Shown here piece after piece: positions 59,702 through 64,000 of a stretch of 64,000 nucleotides of DNA (positions within the stretch are counted from its first letter, which is position 1; every line of letters starts with the position of its first letter). The stretch is from NCBI GenBank assembly GCA_036518135.1, contig DATDNT010000080.1, positions 9,074 to 73,073 on the forward strand. Direction: 5' to 3'. Position numbers and translations under genes: made by a program. The stretch is from Gaiellaceae bacterium. Its GTDB lineage: Bacteria > Actinomycetota > Thermoleophilia > Gaiellales > Gaiellaceae. Below the pieces are notes generated by a model. That model did not search any database, had not been told where the DNA came from, and worked only from the letters and a program-made list of their open reading frames with translations.

Positions 59702-60418
59702 CTAATCCTGACGGGTGGAACGGCCTGGCAGCGCCCGAGCGCCCGCGGGCCGCGCGGGCACCTCGACTGCCGGCACTTCCGTCTCGCCGCCGCGGCCGAA
59801 GCGCCGCTTCGGCGCCGGCTCGGCGAGCGGGTCGAGCGAGTACCGCGCAACGCTCTGCACGGAGTGCGTCAGCACGACGTCGATCGTCGGCTCCGGCGCG
59901 GCCTCCGGGTCGCGCTCCGGCTCCGGCTCCCGCTCGACGGCGACCGCGACGGGCTCCGGCTCGGGCTCGACCTGCGGCTCGGGCTCGGGCGCCGGCGCCG
60001 GCTCGACCGCGACACTCACGGGCGGCAGCGGCACCGCCTCGACCTCCGTGTCCTCGTCGACGACCGCCGGAGCGGCGACGGGCCACTCCCCGAGCATCTC
60101 CGAGCGGAGCGCCGCCGAGGCGATCCACGTCGGCGCCTCGTCGCGGCTCGCATCGGGGTAGCCGTCGACGGCGACCTGCTCGAGCGGCTGCGCGGGCGGC
60201 AGGTTCACGCTCGGCACGTAGTACCTCGGCGGAAGCCCGCTCCCGTAGTGCGGCTCCGCGCGCCACGCCGCCCATTCGAAAGCGGCGACGATCACCCAGC
60301 CGAGCAGCATCCCGGCCGCGATCTCGACGGCGTCGAGATGCGTCAGGGTCAGCGCCGTCGCGAGCGCGACGAGAAAGACGACTTCGAGGAGGAACCGCGA
60401 CCCGCGACGTTCGGTCAT
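59702..60418 (-). CDS. 2-TM membrane protein, paralog of the downstream gene, Pro/Glu-rich linker
   Basis: N-terminus RRGSRFLLEVVFLVALATALTLTHLDAVEIAAGMLLGWVIVAAFEWAAW aligns with the neighbour. The linker is EPAPAPEPEPQVEPEPEP...EREPEPERDPEAAPEP. Confidence 0.7.
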   Translation of the reverse strand: MTERRGSRFLLEVVFLVALATALTLTHLDAVEIAAGMLLGWVIVAAFEWAAWRAEPHYGSGLPPRYYVPSVNLPPAQPLEQVAVDGYPDASRDEAPTWIASAALRSEMLGEWPVAAPAVVDEDTEVEAVPLPPVSVAVEPAPAPEPEPQVEPEPEPVAVAVEREPEPERDPEAAPEPTIDVVLTHSVQSVARYSLDPLAEPAPKRRFGRGGETEVPAVEVPARPAGARALPGRSTRQD

Positions 60419-60433
60419 GGTCTCCCTGTTCGA

Positions 60434-61336
60434 CTACGAAGCGTCGTCGCCCTGCTCGGGCGGCGATACGGGCGGCGGGCTGACGGGCGGCGGTGCGGGC
60501 GCCTCGTCGGCCGCCTCGGGCTCGGGCGCAGGCTCGGGCTCGGCGGTCGGCTCCGGTGCGGGGGCAGGCGTCAGCCGCGGCGGGGCCGGCGGCGGCACAG
60601 CGGCACGGCTGCGGTTCGCCTCGGCGGTCGAGCGCGCCGCGGTGACGATCGCCTCCGAGACCTCGTTCAGCGCCTCGGCCCCGAGGCCGGCGGCGCTCAG
60701 CAGCTGCTCGGCGCCCTGCTGCGCGCGCGCGATGATCGCGCCTGCCTGCGCCCGCGCCCACTCGAGCGTCTGCTCGACCTCGGCGCGGGCGGAATTCGTG
60801 AGCTCCGTCGCCTGGTGGCGCGACTGCTCGAGGAGACGGGCGCCGCGCGACTCGGCCTCGCGGAGCTCCGCCGTCGCGTCGCGGTTCGCATTCGCGAGGA
60901 GCTCGCGCGCCTCCGCCTTCGCGGCGTTCAGGATCTCGTTCCGCTGGCGCTCGCTCTCGTCGCGGAAGCGCTCGACCTCGCGCTCGCGCTCCTGCAGCTC
61001 GCGCTGCCGGCGCGTCACCTCGCTCTCGGTCCGCTGGAGCTGCGCCGCCGATGCGTTCTGCGCGTCGCGCTCGAGCGCGTCGGCGAACTCGGCCGCGGCG
61101 CGAATGAGGTGCAGCGCGTCCATCCGCACGGCGTGGCCGGTCGGGTCGGCGCTCTGCGTCTTCCCCGCCGCCTGCAGCACCCGGACCTGCGCCTGCAGCT
61201 GGAGGGCGTGACGCCGGAACGCGTCGAATGCGTCGCGGACGCCGTCGGCCTCGTACGTGCCGTCGTCGGTCTGGCGCAGGTCGTCGAGCGACGGCAGCGA
61301 CGTGAGCGGTGACGGTTGCGGCGACGGTGTGGTCAT
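60434..61336 (-). CDS. coiled-coil protein (DivIVA/ATPase-stalk-like heptads) with Pro/Glu/Ala tail
   Basis: About 170 aa of charged helix (RRQRELQEREREVERFRDESERQRNEILNAAKAEARELLANA...). The tail is PAPAPEPTAEPEPAPEPEAADEAPAPPPVSPPPVSPP. Confidence 0.7.
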   Translation of the reverse strand: MTTPSPQPSPLTSLPSLDDLRQTDDGTYEADGVRDAFDAFRRHALQLQAQVRVLQAAGKTQSADPTGHAVRMDALHLIRAAAEFADALERDAQNASAAQLQRTESEVTRRQRELQEREREVERFRDESERQRNEILNAAKAEARELLANANRDATAELREAESRGARLLEQSRHQATELTNSARAEVEQTLEWARAQAGAIIARAQQGAEQLLSAAGLGAEALNEVSEAIVTAARSTAEANRSRAAVPPPAPPRLTPAPAPEPTAEPEPAPEPEAADEAPAPPPVSPPPVSPPEQGDDAS

Positions 61337-61410
61337 TGCAGCGGTGACGGACCGGCTCGGCCGGAACGACTGAAGTATGCCTCAGCCATCGGCTGCCTTC
61401 CGGCCGCGCT

Positions 61411-63102
61411 TTAGGAATCCTGCGGCAGCGCCGCGATCCCGGACTCGGCGAGGACGTCCGCCGGCATCGGGGTCGGCGCGCCGGTGAGCGGGTCGGAGCC
61501 GCTCGACACCTTCGGGAACGCGATCATCTGACGGATGTCGGGCTCGCCCGCGAGCCGCGCGACGAACCGGTCGATGCCCATCGCGAACCCGCCGTGCGGC
61601 GGCGCACCCATTGCCAGCGCCTCGAGCAGGAAGCCGAACTTCGACTGCTGCTCCTCGACGCCGAGGCCCATCGTGCGGAACACGCGCTGCTGCATCTCGA
61701 CGTCGTGGATCCGGATCGAGCCCGAGCCGAGCTCCCACCCGTTCCACACGAGGTCGTAGTGCTGACCGCGCACGCCCTCGGGATTCGACTCGTCCCACGA
61801 GTCCGTCCCGGATGCGGGCGCCGTGAACGGGTGATGCATGAACGTCCACGCCCCCGTCTCCTCGTCGTGCTTGAAGAGCGGGAAGTCGACGACCCAGTGG
61901 AAGACGTCGGTGTCCGGCACGAGCTCGAGCTCGCGCGCGAGCTCGAGGCGCAGCAGGCCGAGCACCTTCTCGACCACCTCCTGCTCGTCGGCGACGAAGA
62001 ACGCGGTCTCTCCCTCGGCGACGCCGAACGACGACAGCTCGCGCTCCGAGAGGAACTTCGCGACCTGCGACAGCATCGCGAGGCCCTTCGCCCCCCACTC
62101 CTTCGCGAAGCCTTCGAGCCGCTGGTGCTCGGACCGCGAGAACGTCCGCGGCACGACGATGAAGCGGACGCACGGCGCGTTCCTGAACACGCCGAACTCG
62201 GAGTCGCGCGTCACGTGCGTCGCATCCTGGATCTCCATGCCGAAGCGAAGGTCCGGCTTGTCGCTGCCGTACTTCGCCATCGCCTCGTCGTAGGAGATGT
62301 GCGGGAACGGGCGCGGCGGCGGCGTGCGGCCGACAGCCGCGAAGGCGCCGACGACCGCAGCCTCCATCACGTCGAGCACGTCCTGCTCCTCGCAGAACGC
62401 CAGCTCGAGATCGAGCTGCCTGAACTCGAACTGACGGTCGGCGCGCAAATCCTCGTCACGCCAGCACGTCGCGATCTGGTAGTAGCGGTCGAGCCCGCCG
62501 ACCATGCACAGCTGCTTGAAGAGCTGCGGCGACTGCGCGAGCGCGAAGAACTTTCCGGGCTGCAGGCGGACCGGCACGAGGAAGTCGCGCGCGCCCTCGG
62601 GGGTGCCGCGCGTCATCGACGGCGTCCAGACGTCGACGAAGCCGAGCTCGTCCATCACGCGGCGGATGCCGGCGATCGCGCTGTGCGAGAGCCGCAGGTT
62701 CCGCTGCATCCGCTCGCCGCGCATGTCGAGCCAGCGATACTTGATGCGCGTGGTCTCGTCGACGTTGTCCTCGTCGACCTGGAACGGCAGTGGTGTCGAA
62801 CGCGAGAGGATGCGGAGCTCGTCGACCTGCAGCTCGACCTCGCCCGTCGCGAGGTTCGGATTGACGGCGTCGGGGGCGCGCGCGACGACCTCGCCGGTCG
62901 CCTGGACGACGAACTCGTTGCGGAGCTCCTTCGCCGGGTCGGACTCCTTCAGGACGAGCTGCACCTTGCCGGTGTGGTCGCGAAGGTCGACGAAGACGAG
63001 CCCGCCGTGGTCGCGGCGCGTGTCGACCCAGCCGGCAACGGTCATGCGGCGGCCGACGTGCTCGGACCGCAGCTCACCGCAGTGGATGTCCCGCCAACTC
63101 AC
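61411..63102 (-). CDS. aspS: aspartate--tRNA ligase
   Basis: GTG start (GTGA overlap with hisS). It contains GWVDTRRDHGGLVFVDLRD, FRQLDLE and GGFAMGIDR. Confidence 0.93.
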   Translation of the reverse strand: MSWRDIHCGELRSEHVGRRMTVAGWVDTRRDHGGLVFVDLRDHTGKVQLVLKESDPAKELRNEFVVQATGEVVARAPDAVNPNLATGEVELQVDELRILSRSTPLPFQVDEDNVDETTRIKYRWLDMRGERMQRNLRLSHSAIAGIRRVMDELGFVDVWTPSMTRGTPEGARDFLVPVRLQPGKFFALAQSPQLFKQLCMVGGLDRYYQIATCWRDEDLRADRQFEFRQLDLELAFCEEQDVLDVMEAAVVGAFAAVGRTPPPRPFPHISYDEAMAKYGSDKPDLRFGMEIQDATHVTRDSEFGVFRNAPCVRFIVVPRTFSRSEHQRLEGFAKEWGAKGLAMLSQVAKFLSERELSSFGVAEGETAFFVADEQEVVEKVLGLLRLELARELELVPDTDVFHWVVDFPLFKHDEETGAWTFMHHPFTAPASGTDSWDESNPEGVRGQHYDLVWNGWELGSGSIRIHDVEMQQRVFRTMGLGVEEQQSKFGFLLEALAMGAPPHGGFAMGIDRFVARLAGEPDIRQMIAFPKVSSGSDPLTGAPTPMPADVLAESGIAALPQDS

Positions 63103-64000
63103 GCGTTGAGCGTAGCGACGACGTCGTCGAGAGCGACTGCCTCGTCCTGTGCACCGTCGCGCCGGATCGTCGCGCCGTCCGGCCCGAGGATCACGACGGC
63201 GCGTGCGCCGGTCCGCGTCGCCTGCGTGAGCTGCCCCTTCACCGAGCGACCGGCGTAGTCCATGTCGGCGGCGACGCCGCCGCGACGAAGCTCCTGCAGG
63301 ATCGTCTGCGCGCGTGCACGCTCGCCGCCGTCGACCACGACGAAGACGTCGAGTGCCTCGCCGCCGAGCGTGATGTCCTCGTTCTCGAGCGCGAGCATGA
63401 GCCGCTCGATGCCGGCGCCGAAGCCGATGCCCGGTGTCGGCGGTCCGCCGATCTGCTCGATCAGGCCGTCGTAGCGGCCGCCGCCGCAGATCGTCGAGTT
63501 CGCGTTCTCGTCCGGGCCGATGAACTCGAACGTCGTGCGCGAGTAGTAGTCGAGGCCGCGCACGAGCGTCGGGTCGAGGACGTACGGGATGCCGAGGTGC
63601 TCGAGCGCGCGCTTCACCTCGTCGAAGTGGGCCTGGCACGCGTCGCAGAGAGAGTCGCCGATCTTCGGCGCCGACTCGAGCGCTTGACGCAGCTTCGGGT
63701 CCTTGACGTCGAAGACCTGCAGCGGGCTCGTCGCGCGCTTGTGCCGGCCCTCCTCGCCGAGCAGCTCCTCGTGGGCGTCGAGCCACTCGTTCAGCCGCGC
63801 GACGTACGCGGGGCGGCAGTTCGCGTCGCCGATCGAGTTCAGGTGCAGCTCCCATTGCGTCACGCCCAGGCGGCGCAGGATCTCCGCGTAGACGCCGATG
63901 ACCTCGGCGTCGATCACAGGGTCGTCCGAGCCGATCGCCTCCACCGACGCCTGCCAGTGCTCGCGGAAGCGGCCGCGCCCCGGCCGGCCGTAGCGGTACA
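63099..64000 (-). CDS. hisS: histidine--tRNA ligase (N-terminus outside window)
   Basis: The frame is open to the window edge (..YRYGRPGRGRFREHWQASVEAIG..). It contains GLDYYSRTTFEF and GGGRYDGL. Confidence 0.93.
   Translation of the reverse strand, partial: YRYGRPGRGRFREHWQASVEAIGSDDPVIDAEVIGVYAEILRRLGVTQWELHLNSIGDANCRPAYVARLNEWLDAHEELLGEEGRHKRATSPLQVFDVKDPKLRQALESAPKIGDSLCDACQAHFDEVKRALEHLGIPYVLDPTLVRGLDYYSRTTFEFIGPDENANSTICGGGRYDGLIEQIGGPPTPGIGFGAGIERLMLALENEDITLGGEALDVFVVVDGGERARAQTILQELRRGGVAADMDYAGRSVKGQLTQATRTGARAVVILGPDGATIRRDGAQDEAVALDDVVATLNA

Overview
Gene-dense, very GC-rich chromosomal segment (about 70 percent or more by eye, strong G/C third-position bias). I call about 75 protein genes and one riboswitch. 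I found no rRNA, tRNA, CRISPR, transposase or integrase. The backbone is housekeeping and follows Gram-positive/actinobacterial synteny on the minus strand: hisS-aspS | alaS-ruvX-mltG-aroE | aroC-aroK::aroB-aroQ-pepP-efp | accB-like-accC-nusB-xseB-ispA | tlyA-nadK | recN | pyrG. Also present are deoB...deoA-mutM, recO, glyQS, ppdK with its regulatory kinase, ald, and crcB behind a fluoride riboswitch. Taxon guess (inference only): Actinomycetota, Thermoleophilia/Rubrobacteria-like. Genes are heavily translationally coupled (1-nt or 4-nt start/stop overlaps, many GTG/TTG starts), and convergent genes often overlap. Most unusual content: (i) three paralogous SAM methyltransferases, overlap-coupled, wedged between deoB and deoA; (ii) the accB position holds a 600-aa protein made of an OadA/PycB-type carboxyltransferase domain with all four metal ligands substituted, fused to an AccB-type biotin carrier; (iii) a four-gene envelope cluster: a coiled-coil protein, two paralogous 2-TM proteins with Glu-Pro rods including (EP)13 encoded by a hexanucleotide repeat, and an RlpA-like protein; (iv) a SigB-type sigma factor with a kinase-dead RsbW-like partner and a DUF948 protein but no RsbV; (v) a five-gene ABC/lipoprotein module inserted into the aro cluster; (vi) an iodotyrosine-deiodinase-like flavoprotein. 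All functional calls come from reading the translations and remembered family motifs. No database search was run.
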